From: Eledone cirrhosa
Lineage: Eukaryota
Assembly: GCA_964016885.1 (NCBI GenBank)
Contig: OZ024740.1
Location: 84,692,001-84,756,000 of the forward strand
Length of the DNA stretch: 64,000 nucleotides
Direction: 5' to 3'
This document shows positions 13,857 through 29,626 of this stretch, in pieces. The notes beneath the pieces were generated by a model, which saw only the letters and a program-made list of their open reading frames with translations, searched no databases and was not told the origin of the DNA. Both the position numbers and the translations under genes were made by a program. How positions within the stretch are numbered: the stretch's first letter is position 1; each line of letters begins with the position of its first letter.

Positions 13857-14824
13857 TTGTATCATGTGCTATGGACGACGCAAGAGCAATGGTCGGCCAA
13901 CATAAGGGTTTCGTCACTCTTCTGAAGAGAGAAAATCTATCTGTATTTGTTGTTCATTGTGTCATTCATCGACAACACCTGGCTGTGAAGAAACTCAGCA
14001 AACCACTGAGCAAGTCCTTGCAGGTGGCCCCTGATGTCATCAATTTTTTCAAACGGCATTCCCTCAATGAACGAATTTTCCGGCAACTGTGCCAAGATAA
14101 TGACGAAGAATTCGTCAAGTTACTCCTTCATAATGAAGTGAGGTGGCTTTCAAAGGGCAAGTGCCTTACTCACTTCTTTGAACTGTTCGACTCTATCATT
14201 GAGTTTCTGCGAGGACGCAACACAGAACTGTACAAGAAAACCCTCGATATGAGGCAAAACTGCGCCTACCTCACCGACATCGTCGACAAATGCAATAGCG
14301 TCATTTTGGCTTTGCAGGGGAAGAAGATCACCTTGCTTAAAGCAAGGGATGCTGTGAAAACATTCCTGGCCAAATTGAATGTCATCGAAAGGAATCTTTG
14401 TTGACGGGAATTCTATAATTTTCCTAGTGTCGCCAATGTTTAACACATTGTAAGCGATAACCAACTCCAAATTTATACCACTCACCTCCGTGCACTACAA
14501 GACAACATGAGAGAACGGTTTATCGACCTTTTGCGATGGACATCCCAATGTGGGTAGCAGATCCCTTCATAGCTAACGTCGATGATTTGGACGTTATATT
14601 TTAGGAAGAATTCATTGAACTTCAAGCAGATGACATAATCAAAATTAGATTTCCCAATATAGGTGAACCCCTTTTTTGGATGCAAGAGGAAATTCAGACT
14701 GCACAGTAAGGCTCGCAACCGCTACAATGTAATTACATGTGGAGATCTCCGGCTACATCTTACGAAAATCCAGCCTGATGTCAAAGAGTTAGCTAGACTC
14801 CATGAAGTTCAAGGGTCCCATTGA
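13857..14824 (+). pseudogene. hAT transposase remnant
   Basis: VHCVIHRQHLA (CxxH) and LLLHNEVRWLSKG motifs; C-terminal GDLRLHLTKIQPDV..Q.SH; stops and frameshifts. Confidence 0.88.
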
Positions 14825-15972
14825 AATGAGGTCAAAGTTAGTTGATTTATCCGAAAACTTAGTAGCTGCTATCGTCTGGTGGGAATATAACAAATTCAAC
14901 TGGTCCTTATTCATAAAAAAGAACATTTGTTCCTTTTTTTGAAATTTATATATTTCCTTTCAAGGAATGTATTTATACTCTCAGCTGCCTGCAATGGTAT
15001 CTTTGGAATATTGTTAATCAATTTTTTAGTAATTTACAGATATCAAAATCAGTAGTATATTGAAAAATGGAAAAATAGGGTAGGGGCGTTTCGTGATTTC
15101 GAGGGACAAAAGGGGGCGTTTGGCATAAATGGGTTGAGAACCTGTGAGCTAGAGTATCATTGTAGGAAAACCTTTATTAATAATTACTCTGTCAATAAAT
15201 TATCTGATATTGTAGATTCGGCAACAATTAATGACAATAAAATGAATAAAACATTATAAGAGCTTTTGAAACTAGAATGACGAGAAAAGAAATTGAAATT
15301 TGAGAGGAATCTTACACGGCATATTTCCATTTCTCAACTTTTATTGTCAATGTTATTGTTGTTTATAATGTTATTATTGTTGTTATTGTTTAATCAATCC
15401 TCGTCAAGTCATTCCTAACCAAGAGCTGAAGTCAAAGATTGTTCAGCTGCAACCACCATCTAACTGTGGTGTTTAGTTGTATGGAACACAACGTTGTGTA
15501 CTGAAGTGTTATTGTGACCGTCCTGAGGTATATGTGAATGTTGCTGCGGCTTGTTAGTTATGATGATATTGTGTCAACTCCTTTCATACCTATATTATTT
15601 TTGTACTTCGATGTCTATATTGAATTGTACGTATTGTGTATTACCTGGACCCGTGGAAATTCCAAGTATACTTTGATGTAAAGAGTTCGTTAATGGAAGG
15701 TGATGAAATATTTTTTTTTCGGTTTTGTTTTCGTTAATTTGTTCTTATTACATCATAGTTGTAGTAAATAGTGCACAATTAAGTGTTGACGTTCATTTAC
15801 AGCAGAGACACGTACAATTACTTAAAACCCGTTCACCATAATGTACACACACAGCCATACCCACCACCATCGTCATCTCCATTAAACAATATCCTTTCCA
15901 ATAACATCACTTTAACAGCTACTTTAGTTCTCATTATATCACGTGTGTGTGTGTGCGTTTCCATTTCAGTGC

Positions 15973-15974
<2 letters not shown>

Positions 15975-16048
<74 letters not shown>

Positions 16049-16052
16049 TCTC

Positions 16053-16123
<71 letters not shown>

Positions 16124-16168
16124 GTTACTACTTTCTCTCCAATAAACACTCCTCTATCTCTATCTCTT

Positions 16169-16217
<49 letters not shown>

Positions 16218-16545
16218 ATCTCATTGTAACTACTTTCTCTCCAATAAACACTCCTCTGTCTCTATCTCTTTCTCCCTCTCTCTCTCACTCTCTCTCTCCC
16301 TCTCTCTCTTTCTCTCTCTCTCTCATTGTAACTACTTCTCTCCAATAAACACTACTCTATCTCTATCTCTTTCTCCCCCCCCCCCTCTCTCTCATTGTAA
16401 CTACTTTCTCTCCAATAAACACTCCTCTATCTCTATCTCTTTCTCTTTCTCCCCCGCTCCTCTCTCTCTCTCTCTCTCATTGTAACTACTTTTTCTCCAA
16501 TAAACACTCCTCTATATCTCTTTCACCCTCTCTCACTCACTCACT

Positions 16546-16600
<55 letters not shown>
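15975..16600. repeat. (CT)n microsatellite with embedded repeat unit (about 6 copies)
   Basis: Repeated CATTGTAACTACTTTCTCTCCAATAAACACTCCTCT separated by CT runs. Confidence 0.9.
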
Positions 16601-16604
<4 letters not shown>

Positions 16605-17180
16605 CCGTCTCTCATCCGTGTAACATACATACATAAGCATAATAATATAGTGGGCGGTTTTCTGCTAGCAAATCTAGTGTATATACTGATATTGTTGAGA
16701 TTTGGATGAGAAATGTTTTCGGCACCACATGTTCACCGTCTCTCGGTGTGTCTTTTATGCATGTATAAATATATATGTTATCTATACGGTGAAATCTTTG
16801 AAATAAATATATGTTAAAACGAAAAAGTAGAAAAAGAGATTAGTGACGGAAATATAAACGTTATGATACATAAACGTTATGATATAACGATGGAAATATA
16901 TCTTCAAATGGTCCTTGGCATGGTGTCAAGTCAGAACCGCCTCGAACTGGTTACTTCTGGCTTGTGCAAGGTGTCTCTATAGCAACCAGCGATTCCCTCG
17001 GCCTCAGTGACCAAAGTCAGTGGAGAGGGGAAGGTAATGTTTCTATAGCGACAGTGTTTCTCTTGGTAGTACCAAAGTGGAGAAAGGAAGGGGAAGGTAA
17101 TATTTCTGTAGCACCTACATTTGAGTTTTAGGGAAGGACAGACAGACAGACAGACAAACAGAGAAATGCCCATATATTTC

Positions 17181-17239
<59 letters not shown>

Positions 17240-17250
17240 CACACACAGAA

Positions 17251-17324
<74 letters not shown>

Positions 17325-17640
17325 CACACACAGAAATGTATATATATTTCTGTGTGTATATATATATATATTACACACACAGAAATGTATATATATTTCT
17401 GTGTGTATATATATATATTTCTGTGTGTGTATATATATATATATTACACACACAGAAATGTATATATATTTCTGTGTGTATATATATATATTACACACAC
17501 AGAAATGTATATATATTTCTTAGAACAAAATTATTATTAATGTTTTGCTGTTCATAACAATTGGAATTGAAAAATTACTTTTGAAATTATTAGTTATTTT
17601 ACTAATGCTTAGATATGTAAAAATGAAGCAATGTTTCTAA

Positions 17641-17826
17641 TAATTGTTTCTACTTTTGGCACAAGGCCAGCAATTATCCCAGTGTATTACTGGTACTTTA
17701 TTTTATCGACCCCGTGAGGATGAAAGGCAAAGTTAACTTCGGCGGAATTTGAACTCAGAACTTAAAAGACCATAACTCTATGGTGCAAAGCATGGCGTCA
17801 GACCCTCTACCGATACTGCCAATCCA
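17641..17826 (-). mobile_element. tRNA-derived SINE (tandem copy 1)
   Basis: Family match. Confidence 0.88.
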
Positions 17827-17830
17827 GGTA

Positions 17831-18004
17831 ATAATTGTTTACTTTTGGCACAAGATCAGTAATTACTCAGTGCATTACTGGTACTTTATGTTATCGACAC
17901 CGTAAGGATGAAAGGCCAAGTTAACCTCGGCGGGATTTGAACTCAGACCATAAAGGGACGTAACTCTATGCTGTAAATCATGGCGTCCGACCCTCTACCG
18001 ATAC
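17831..18004 (-). mobile_element. tRNA-derived SINE (tandem copy 2)
   Basis: Family match, head-to-tail with the previous copy. Confidence 0.88.
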
Positions 18005-18549
18005 GGGGGTACTTCGGGTTATTGATATTGTGATTTACCCCCATCCCGCAGTTCTAAGATGTTTGGGTGGGATTTCAGAGAGATTTGGCTGGTATTTCTA
18101 GTAGGTGGAACGACAAAGTAAGGTATCCTCGAAAGCTTGTGGGGTTTGGTGGAGCTGGGGAATTATTGTAGATATGTTTCTTGTTGTGGGATTTGATGAT
18201 GATGATGATGTATGATGGTAGTGGTTGTTTATAGTAGATAGTTACAGCATTTTTAGAATATGATAGTAGTATGATAGAGGTGGCGGTCGTGGTTGTAGCC
18301 GTGGTACTGGTGTTTGTAGTGATAATGATCGAATAAGTGATAGTGGGGCTGGTGGCTATGGTATTGCTAGAGTGAGGTGGTCGTCTTTGTCGTCAATTGT
18401 TGGTCGTGGGGGTGTAGGTGTTACTGGTGGTGGTGTGGGTATTTGCTGGCCTGTGATGTTCGGATAATAAGATGGCGCTGTGAAATTGTTTATTTCTCTG
18501 AATTTGGAGGTTATCCAGGATAAAGGAATCAAACACGACCCGACATATA

Positions 18550-19211
<662 letters not shown>

Positions 19212-20095
19212 AGAAGAAAGAAGAATACTGCGCGGTTTGCACATGGGTTACATATGATAAAAATAGTCCTTCGTCAGTGATTTTCCAACCATCATTGGCA
19301 TTTCATCGCATTAAAAATCATATACCTCAGGTTGGTGCGAGCAATAGCTAAAAAAAGTTATTGGGACCAGTAATTCGCGTAAAGCGAGGGGGACAAGTAA
19401 ACAACATAGAAGGATAAAAGCAAACCGAAGATAGGAAAATAAACAAGCAACATGGTTGTCCGGTCAGCATAAGCTGGGTTGATTTCATGAGCGAGAGAGG
19501 TACAGAGAGGGGGCGAAAGAAGGTGAGAGAAACAGAGAGAGTCAATGGTGGATGGAAAATCACTGACGAAGGACTATTTTTATCATATGTAACCCATGTG
19601 CAAACCACGCAGTATTCTTCTTTCTTCTCATGTTTTTTATCTCACCTTCTTTCGCCCCTCTGTCAGTTACACTTTCTCTCGACTGACCTCTTCCTCACAC
19701 TTCCACTCACTCACTCTCTGTTTCTCCCCTTCTCACTTCCTCCCGTTTGGCTTGTGTGGGTCTCTTCTTGCTCACATCTCACACACATCAACACGGTCTG
19801 TACCTCTCTCGCTCATGAAATCCACCCAGTTTATGCTGACCGGACAACCATGCTGCTTGTTTATTTTCCTATCTTCGGTTTGCTTTTATCCTTCTATGTT
19901 GTTTACTTGTCCCCCTCGCTTTACGCGAATTACTGGTCCCAATAACTTTTTTTAGCTATTGCTCGCACCAACCTGAGGTATATGATTTTTAATGTGATGA
20001 AATGCCAATGATGGTTGGAAAATCACTGACGAAGGACTATTTTTATCATATGTAACCCATGTGCAAACCACGCAGTATTCTTCTTTCTTCTCATG

Positions 20096-20100
<5 letters not shown>
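19212..20100 (+). mobile_element. Fold-back element family B with direct and inverted terminal repeats, in (TA)n
   Basis: 19212-19505 is an inverted copy of about 19797-20090; 19554-19638 is a direct copy of 20017-20100; related to 36880-37773. Confidence 0.75.
19968..20018 (+). ncRNA. Predicted box C/D-type kink-turn hairpin
   Basis: CCAAC-CUGA-GGUAU ... AUGCC-AAU-GAU-GGUUGG: C-stem, 3-nt bulge, G.A/A.G, U.U, 6-bp NC stem; covaries with 37621-37673. Confidence 0.7.
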
Positions 20101-21580
<1,480 letters not shown>

Positions 21581-21582
21581 GC

Positions 21583-21802
21583 ACAGGCATTGCTTTATAT
21601 CTGGAGATCTCTCTGCACTTGTCGTTACATGGTACCATGGGCCCAGCACTATGTGTCAATAATTGTCACAAGTGTAGTGTTTGTACCAGGGTTTTTAAGT
21701 CGCTGGCTGGACTAAAATGTCACACTTGTTCAGCGCATCGGTAGGGGTTCTCCTACATGGATATAAAGTAGTGGCCGTACTCGAAAACGAGTTGGCAGCC
21801 AC
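21583..21802 (+). mobile_element. 5'-truncated copy of the RTE-type element at 20152-20759
   Basis: Near-identical to 20538-20759. Confidence 0.8.
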
Positions 21803-22780
<978 letters not shown>

Positions 22781-23307
22781 TTCTATTGTGTATGTACAAA
22801 GGAAAAATATACATACATGCATGCATTCATAGATTAGATACAAACATACATACATGTACAGATACAAACCTCTTACGCACATATATACATACATAGGGAG
22901 CTATCTTTCGACAAACGAGGCTCACTTTCCATTTTGTTTCTTGTTTTATTTTTGTTTCCTCGACCACGTTTTATGCCAATTTATTTCATTCCGTGTTCCG
23001 CTAAGTTATTTATCTTTTAGATGTCAGTTCTTCTACAGTTCTGTTCAAAACCAGAGTCTTTCCTACAGTAATGAGCTAACTTTAGTAGAATCAATATTAG
23101 AGATAAAGTTTGTTGCCTTTGTTTGGTATATTGTAAATAAACTTCGTGATGAATCGATTATTCGTCAGACGAAAATGCAACTAAGATGTCTGATACAATG
23201 ATAAACAAAATAAGTTTTCCTTTGGGGGAATCATTAAAGTGAGCAATTCGATTGAGAAAAAACTCCCCCTATCTATATAAATAAATGCATGTGTACATGT
23301 GAGTATG

Positions 23308-23420
<113 letters not shown>

Positions 23421-23905
23421 CGTAAAATAAGAAAATTTTTAAAAAATTTTTAAAAATTAACTTACTTACTAAAATTTTCACTCCAACTAATTAGTTTCTG
23501 CAATGGGATAAAGACAGTTACGTAATAAACTGTTGAGAATTTCATTGCGTCATCAGGGAGGTCTATTCTCAGCTAAGTCGCCAGGCAATGCGCGGACACT
23601 GGGGACTCATATAAAAATAACAATAATTCGGTAAATGGAACAGCTAGCGGGGGCTGGATTCCATGTACTGAAAATCTCGCTGTCACTGGTCAAAAGATAG
23701 ATTCTAAAGAATCAATCACGTGACACTGAGGCTAGTCGGTAGGAGTGGGATGGTAAGATGACAGAAGCCTACTAACACACCAAAAAATTTTTAGTAGTGG
23801 TTTTGGCAGGTTTGCTCGACAAAGTGATTTGGAGATAAATATAGAGAATTTAGTATATCTACTAACATATGCGTGCATCTGCACGCATATGTTAGTAGAT
23901 ATACT

Positions 23906-23948
<43 letters not shown>

Positions 23949-24050
23949 CGAAGGAAATGTGGTAAGGAACCAGGTGGACCATAACGTACATTTGCAATCA
24001 TACATCTGCATGCGTACATCTGCACGCATATGTTAGTAGATATACTAAAT

Positions 24051-24084
<34 letters not shown>

Positions 24085-24086
<2 letters not shown>

Positions 24087-24277
24087 ACGAAGGAAATGTG
24101 GTAAGGAACCAGGTGGACCATAACGTACCAAAGTACTCAATACTTAGGATAGTAGAGTGGGTAATAGGAACGAGTAGGACCCCGACGGCTGAGCTCAAGC
24201 CGTTTCGACGGCTAATTCTGGACTCAGAATTAGCCGTCGAAACGGCTTGAGCTCAGCCGTCGGGGTCCTACTCGTTC
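24085..24277 (-). mobile_element. Fold-back PLE-like 3' fragment (family A)
   Basis: Reverse complement of the 11479-11686 family; partial duplicate at 23947-23988. Confidence 0.75.
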
Positions 24278-24355
24278 ATATATATATATATACATATATC
24301 AAGTAAGTATGTTTTGAAACAGTGAGCAGGTTTGAAATTAGAAAATAGAATAGCT

Positions 24356-24536
24356 TTCACCGTATTTTTCGACTAAAGAAATTTTAGTCTGATAATGGGG
24401 TTTAGAACCCTCAGATAAATGGAAAAAGATGAATATTGATGAGTATTGTACGTCAATACTCATCTTTTTCCATTTATCTGAGGGTTCTAAACCTCATTAT
24501 GAGACTAAAATTTCTTTAGTCGAAAAATACGGTGAA

Positions 24537-24538
<2 letters not shown>
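24356..24538. mobile_element. Fold-back element adjacent to (TA)n
   Basis: About 80-bp inverted arms; GACTAAA/TTTAGTC hairpin followed by GAAA; related sequence at about 36250-36357 and 26121. Confidence 0.6.
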
Positions 24539-24585
<47 letters not shown>

Positions 24586-24831
24586 TGATATAAGTATGTA
24601 TACGTACATACATATATGTATACATCTGTACAGTAGTATCTATATATATATACATACATGCACACATATATATATGTACGTATGGATTCACCAAACATTT
24701 ATTATAATGCTCGGTGTGTTTGTAAACAAACATCCCGTATAAAGCCGCAGTGTCTAGCAACCACTGTTGCTCGTTTGTTCAACACTGACAAAGGAACGCT
24801 GTACTAGTTGTACTGAATGTATATATATTAT

Positions 24832-24866
<35 letters not shown>

Positions 24867-24930
24867 TATTATATATATATATATCATATATATATATATA
24901 TAATCATATATTATATATATAGATATCTAT

Positions 24931-25027
<97 letters not shown>

Positions 25028-25237
25028 TAGACAACTGAATGAATCTATAGATTTGAGCCAGCACAGCAGGTGTAATCTAATTAAAATTAGGCACTGTATT
25101 TAATTAATTTTAATTAGTTTTTCACACGAAGAGTAGTCTTTTAACTATAGGCTTATTATAATGTGTATCACATCAAAAATGGACGCCGCGATCGCATCAT
25201 TAAAATATATATATTTGTTTGTGTTTATATACTTAAA

Positions 25238-25424
25238 TAATTGTTTCTACTTTTGGCACAAGGCCAGCAATTATCCAGTACATTACTGGTACTTTATTTT
25301 ATCGACCCCATAAGGATGAAAGGCAAAGTTAACCTCGGCGGGATTTGAACTCAGAATGGCAAGGGCCGTAACTCTATGCGCCAAAGCATGGCGTCCAACC
25401 CTCTACCGATACTGCCAATTCACC
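25238..25424 (-). mobile_element. tRNA-derived SINE
   Basis: Family match. Confidence 0.9.
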
Positions 25425-26023
25425 AAATAATATAGTTCTGGAAGTGTCGATCAAAATATGCAAAATAATTTTTATAATTGAAAACCTTGACAAAAATGAA
25501 TAAATGAATTCGAGGCCAATGTTCATGGATTGCTTTAGTAAATATCTACAACAAAAAATAGGCCCGAAAGTATTATAAAATTAATGTATGATATAAGTAT
25601 TAAAAGAAACAGCTTTAAAAAATATTCCTGTTATAGTAACTGCCTCAATACAAATCTTGAGAAGCTAGGCTTCATAGGAACAGAAAGAACACAACTAGTT
25701 AGATGGAACAGTAAAAATATGTAAAACATTCCAAACATTTTGCATCTAATAACTGCATATACACATGTACAGATACAAAGCGTATACACATGTACACATA
25801 CAACTCAAAACATACACATCCACACATACAATAACATCCATACCTACACATGCATGCATGCAGACATGCAGACATATCTACCTAGTTGATGTTGTGTAAA
25901 TTCTAATGAGAGAGTCTTGTATCTATGTTAGAAACCGACTCTCTCTCTATTGGCAAAATTTTGTGAAATTATATACATATTTATATATATACATAAATAC
26001 ATATATTCATATCTATATATCTA

Positions 26024-26058
<35 letters not shown>

Positions 26059-26166
26059 TTGGTATATTAAACATTTGGTATATTACCAAATATACTATAC
26101 ATACATTCATATATATATATATCTGAGGGTTCTAAACTATCTGTATAGTTAACTATATATATAGTT

Positions 26167-26454
26167 AAGAAAGAAGAGTAACATGGTTGGCAGTACAATA
26201 AGGGCTTTATTTAAAGTATTTACAATTGTTTCGTTGATCAGGTGTGTCTAGAGTTCGCTAATCGCTTGAGGTTGCGTCAATCGATCTCAAAATCTACGTA
26301 CTCTGATGTGTTGACTAGTAAACAATGTATTGGAGATCGATTGACGCAACCTCAAGCGATTAGCGAACTCTAGACAAACCTGATCAACGAAACAATTGTC
26401 AGTACTTTAAATAAAGCCCTTGTTGTACAGCCAACCATGTTACTCTTCTTTCTT
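26167..26454 (+). mobile_element. Fold-back PLE-like fragment
   Basis: 26167-26288 inverted vs 26333-26454; contains hammerhead. Confidence 0.75.
26298..26405 (+). ncRNA. Type-I hammerhead ribozyme variant with long stem II insert
   Basis: Stem I GTACT/AGTAC; core CTGATGT (A9 variant); stem II GTTGA/TCAAC; GAAAC-AATT-GT-C. Confidence 0.7.
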
Positions 26455-26467
26455 TAACTATTATTTT

Positions 26468-26611
26468 GAAGCATAGAGTTACGTCCTTTGATCTGAGATC
26501 AAATCCCGCCGAGGTTAACTTTGCCTTTCATCCTTACGGGGTCGATAAAATAAAGTACCAGTAATGTACTGGGTAATTGCTGGCCTTGTGCCTAAAATAG
26601 AAACAATTATT
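26468..26611 (+). mobile_element. tRNA-derived SINE, 5'-truncated
   Basis: Family match. Confidence 0.88.
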
Positions 26612-26765
26612 ACTCCAAGTATAACCTGCATAGAAATTACCCGATCTCGCTGCATAACTATGGAAACATCTTGTTGAATCAAACAAAGCCGTACATTAAA
26701 ACTATCCACGACGCGGAGTACTCATAACCTCTAACTGGCTTACCTATAACGATAACTTTTATTCC

Positions 26766-26804
<39 letters not shown>

Positions 26805-27337
26805 ATTTGTGTTTTGGTTGACGTATGTCCGCGAACATGTGTATCTACATGTGGGTGTGTGTGCGCGCGCGTTATATACGTATTTATGTGTGTATATTTA
26901 TATACGTTTATTTAATTATGTATACACGCACACACACACATGTATATATATATATATATATATGTTTTAATATATATTTTTATGTGTATTTGGTGTATAC
27001 GTTCGTATGTGTGCGGTACAGGCGTTGCGTGGCTTTTGTATGTGCGTGTGTTTTTTTTTCTTTTTTTTGTGTAGGTGCTTGTATTTGCTTACCCATAGCA
27101 AGTGTCTGCGCGTATGCTTGTGTATGTATGTATATGGATGCGTGTATGTATATATTTAATTTCAATTACCTCTGTATTTTATTTACTTTATTCTTAACTC
27201 TGAAGCCGAAAATCATTCGGTTTCCTAAATAGAATTTGAATTTTAGTCTACGACTTCAGTTATACCATTGACGTGGTTTTGTCTTTGCGTGTAATTGTTC
27301 TCATTGCTCCACATAGCCCCGGCAGACAGTGAAAAAT

Positions 27338-27382
27338 GCTCCGAAGACTCCAAGCCTAGGTTTGGATGAAACAATTGTAAGT
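27338..27382 (+). ncRNA. Degenerate hammerhead ribozyme
   Basis: GCT-CCGAAGA (core mutated)-TCCAAGC/GTTTGGA-GAAAC-AATT-GTA-AGT, just upstream of (TA)n. Confidence 0.5.
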
Positions 27383-27417
27383 TAATAAATGCTTTGAACA
27401 TAGCTTTGATTCTTGTG

Positions 27418-27492
<75 letters not shown>

Positions 27493-28034
27493 TCTATGAA
27501 TCCAAATTCAACAATCTTACTTGCGCAATATGCAAGTTTGTGGTATTTGAAGACCGAAACGCGGACTCACGTTATCAACAGGTTTCCGTTCTGTGCCTCA
27601 AACCGGAGAGGAGTGTTGCAGTAGGCCGCTATTAGATACACACATATTTGTGTGTGTATGTGCGTGTACATACATATATGAGAGATATCCATTTGTGTTC
27701 AAATTTAATTCATATATGCTTGTGTGTGGGTGCCCGTATGGCTGAAGGTTTAAAATAATTACTTCACAATCATCAGGTCTCAAAACCGATCTTGTAACCT
27801 GGCATCATGGCCAACTCATATCGATCCAAGACAGCGTTTTAAATTGGGAAGATGAAAACTATTCCGAATCCCGTCAAATAGATGTAGGCATATCTAAATT
27901 TTATTAAGTATTGTATATGAATACATTTGTCAAGGGAGAATACACTTGTCTTCAGACGTTCGTCTGCAATTTACTAGGAAGATAAAAACAACATTGGTGT
28001 AACTGTCTACAAATCTATCAATGTATGTTAAGCG

Positions 28035-28250
28035 TCAGTCTGCCTCGAGGTTCCGGCGGGCATGATGGAGAAGATATTGCCTAGGAGGATGGTGAGAGAG
28101 ACGTGCTGCAATAGCCACTCCACCCTACAGGTTGCCAACTCCACTCCGAAAGCAGTGAATAGAGATGTGGTCCGGGGGAATAAGAACGTTGTAAGCCTCC
28201 ACTGCCGCAGGCTTGGCCACAAACCTATCAGAGAGCGGCTGTTACTTTGA
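28035..28250 (-). pseudogene. CRE-like (RLE-encoding) non-LTR C-terminal remnant
   Basis: EWLLQHVSLTILLGNIFSI resembles the RLE-clade terminal E..L.QRLS..IQRGN motif; similar to the 63.2-63.5 kb fragment. Confidence 0.4.
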
Positions 28251-29599
28251 CCAAATATGAAAGCTTTATCACGCTGATTCTTTAAAAGAATTCCATTGAG
28301 GGTACACTGTGTTATTCAGCCGTTTACTCATAATCCAATGAGTTGATGATTCAGTTGATTGAGCTACTGGAATATTCATCATTGAAACTGACGAAGGATT
28401 TTTTAATAGTGTACGAATTTGTCTGTGTGTGCGTGTATGCATGTGTGTGTGTGCATATGTATGTACAGATATTTGAGAGCGTGTGTGTGTGTGTTCGTTA
28501 CAAACAGTGTTTATTGAACCTCTTGTAGATTTGTTGGTATAAGCACTCAGAATGTTAACAAAGGCTGTATGATTTATTCACCAATAGATATTTCAACAAT
28601 GATTTCCATTTCATCTTATATTTAACATTCATACTAGTTTCATATTTATAGATATATAATAATCGATATAGGTACATTATTAGGACAATATATTTTAAAT
28701 TAACTCATTAATTTGTATTAAACTATAACAATTAATTATTTCTGTGTATTAATTCTAATTACAGAAATATTTGTAACTGAATTATACGATAAATTAAGCA
28801 ACAATATATAATTTTCATTAACAGGAACTTGCTGTACGATAAATAAAAAGATTGAAAGGTCTTCGTTGTTTTCAATTACCTTATTTTGGCCATAACGATT
28901 TTTTTTTTTTTTTTTAGTTTAGGCACAAGTTCATTTGTTGAAATTATAAAATTTCATAGTCATTGAATTGGCTGTTACTAATTTTAGTTTCCTCAGCAAA
29001 GTAAAGACGCCATGTTAAATGAGACGAAACTCCACATGAAAATATTACTTAAAGACTCAAATTCTTTGAATCCTCATAATTTGTTAAAGGAGAATCAGCT
29101 TCATATAGTCAATCCACATTCAATGCAAATTTCTACGGTTTCATATTACTCCACGTACAGTAGAAGTGGAAAGATGTAACTTAGCCGGGAATCTAATTTT
29201 CTTTGCACACACTTCCCATGCAACGGAGATGTTGGATCTCTTTTATTAATTAATCATAGATCAATCTAGTACGTCATAAAAGACTATGTGAATATCATCT
29301 CCAAGTACATACTTACAAATTACACACTATCAAAAGCTACAATGTAAACGCAGTCAGTATACTTGAATTCCAACTACATGAATATATAGGTCTAACTTTC
29401 CCGCTATAAACATAAAAATCCGTTCTATTATCTCTTTATGGAACAGAGTATTGCGCTTTCACAATTTCCCTGAGAAGGCGAGGTGATAAAAGAAGAGGAA
29501 AATGTAATTCATACGGTTGGGAAATGGTTAATTTCATCTCACTGATATCTCGCAGGAAAAGAAATCTTTTAAATTGATAATTATTGTAAGTAAAGAATG

Positions 29600-29626
29600 C
29601 TTTCTTTATTAACCACAAGAGTTGAT
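29600..29626 (-). mobile_element. 27-nt extreme 3' remnant of the Tx1 LINE with 16-bp TSD
   Basis: Reverse complement contains CTTGTGGTTAATAAAGAAA, the Tx1-B 3' end; direct repeats TTGTAAGTAAAGAATG at 29584-29599 and 29627-29642. Confidence 0.8.

Larger units (their letters stand above)
13100..15146 (+). mobile_element. hAT (Buster/Charlie-type) DNA transposon, internally deleted
   Basis: TIRs CAAAGGTTCTCAAC / GTTGAGAACCTGTG; exact 8-bp TSD AGCTAGAG (13092-13099, 15147-15154) with central TA. Confidence 0.93.

Noticed and set aside
16910-17120. Possible second SINE or ncRNA on the minus strand (GTTCGAG box)
   Set aside because: Single copy in window, no A box or tail identified; insufficient support.
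20008-20031. SECIS element (AUGA...UGA)
   Set aside because: Helix between AUGA and GA is far shorter than the 11-12 bp required; the alternative K-turn pairing with upstream CUGA is supported by covariation.
21659-21744. Host C2H2 zinc-finger gene exon
   Set aside because: Single finger-like motif duplicated at 20620-20700 and followed by a retroposon 3' stem-loop; it is an RTE-type ORF terminus.
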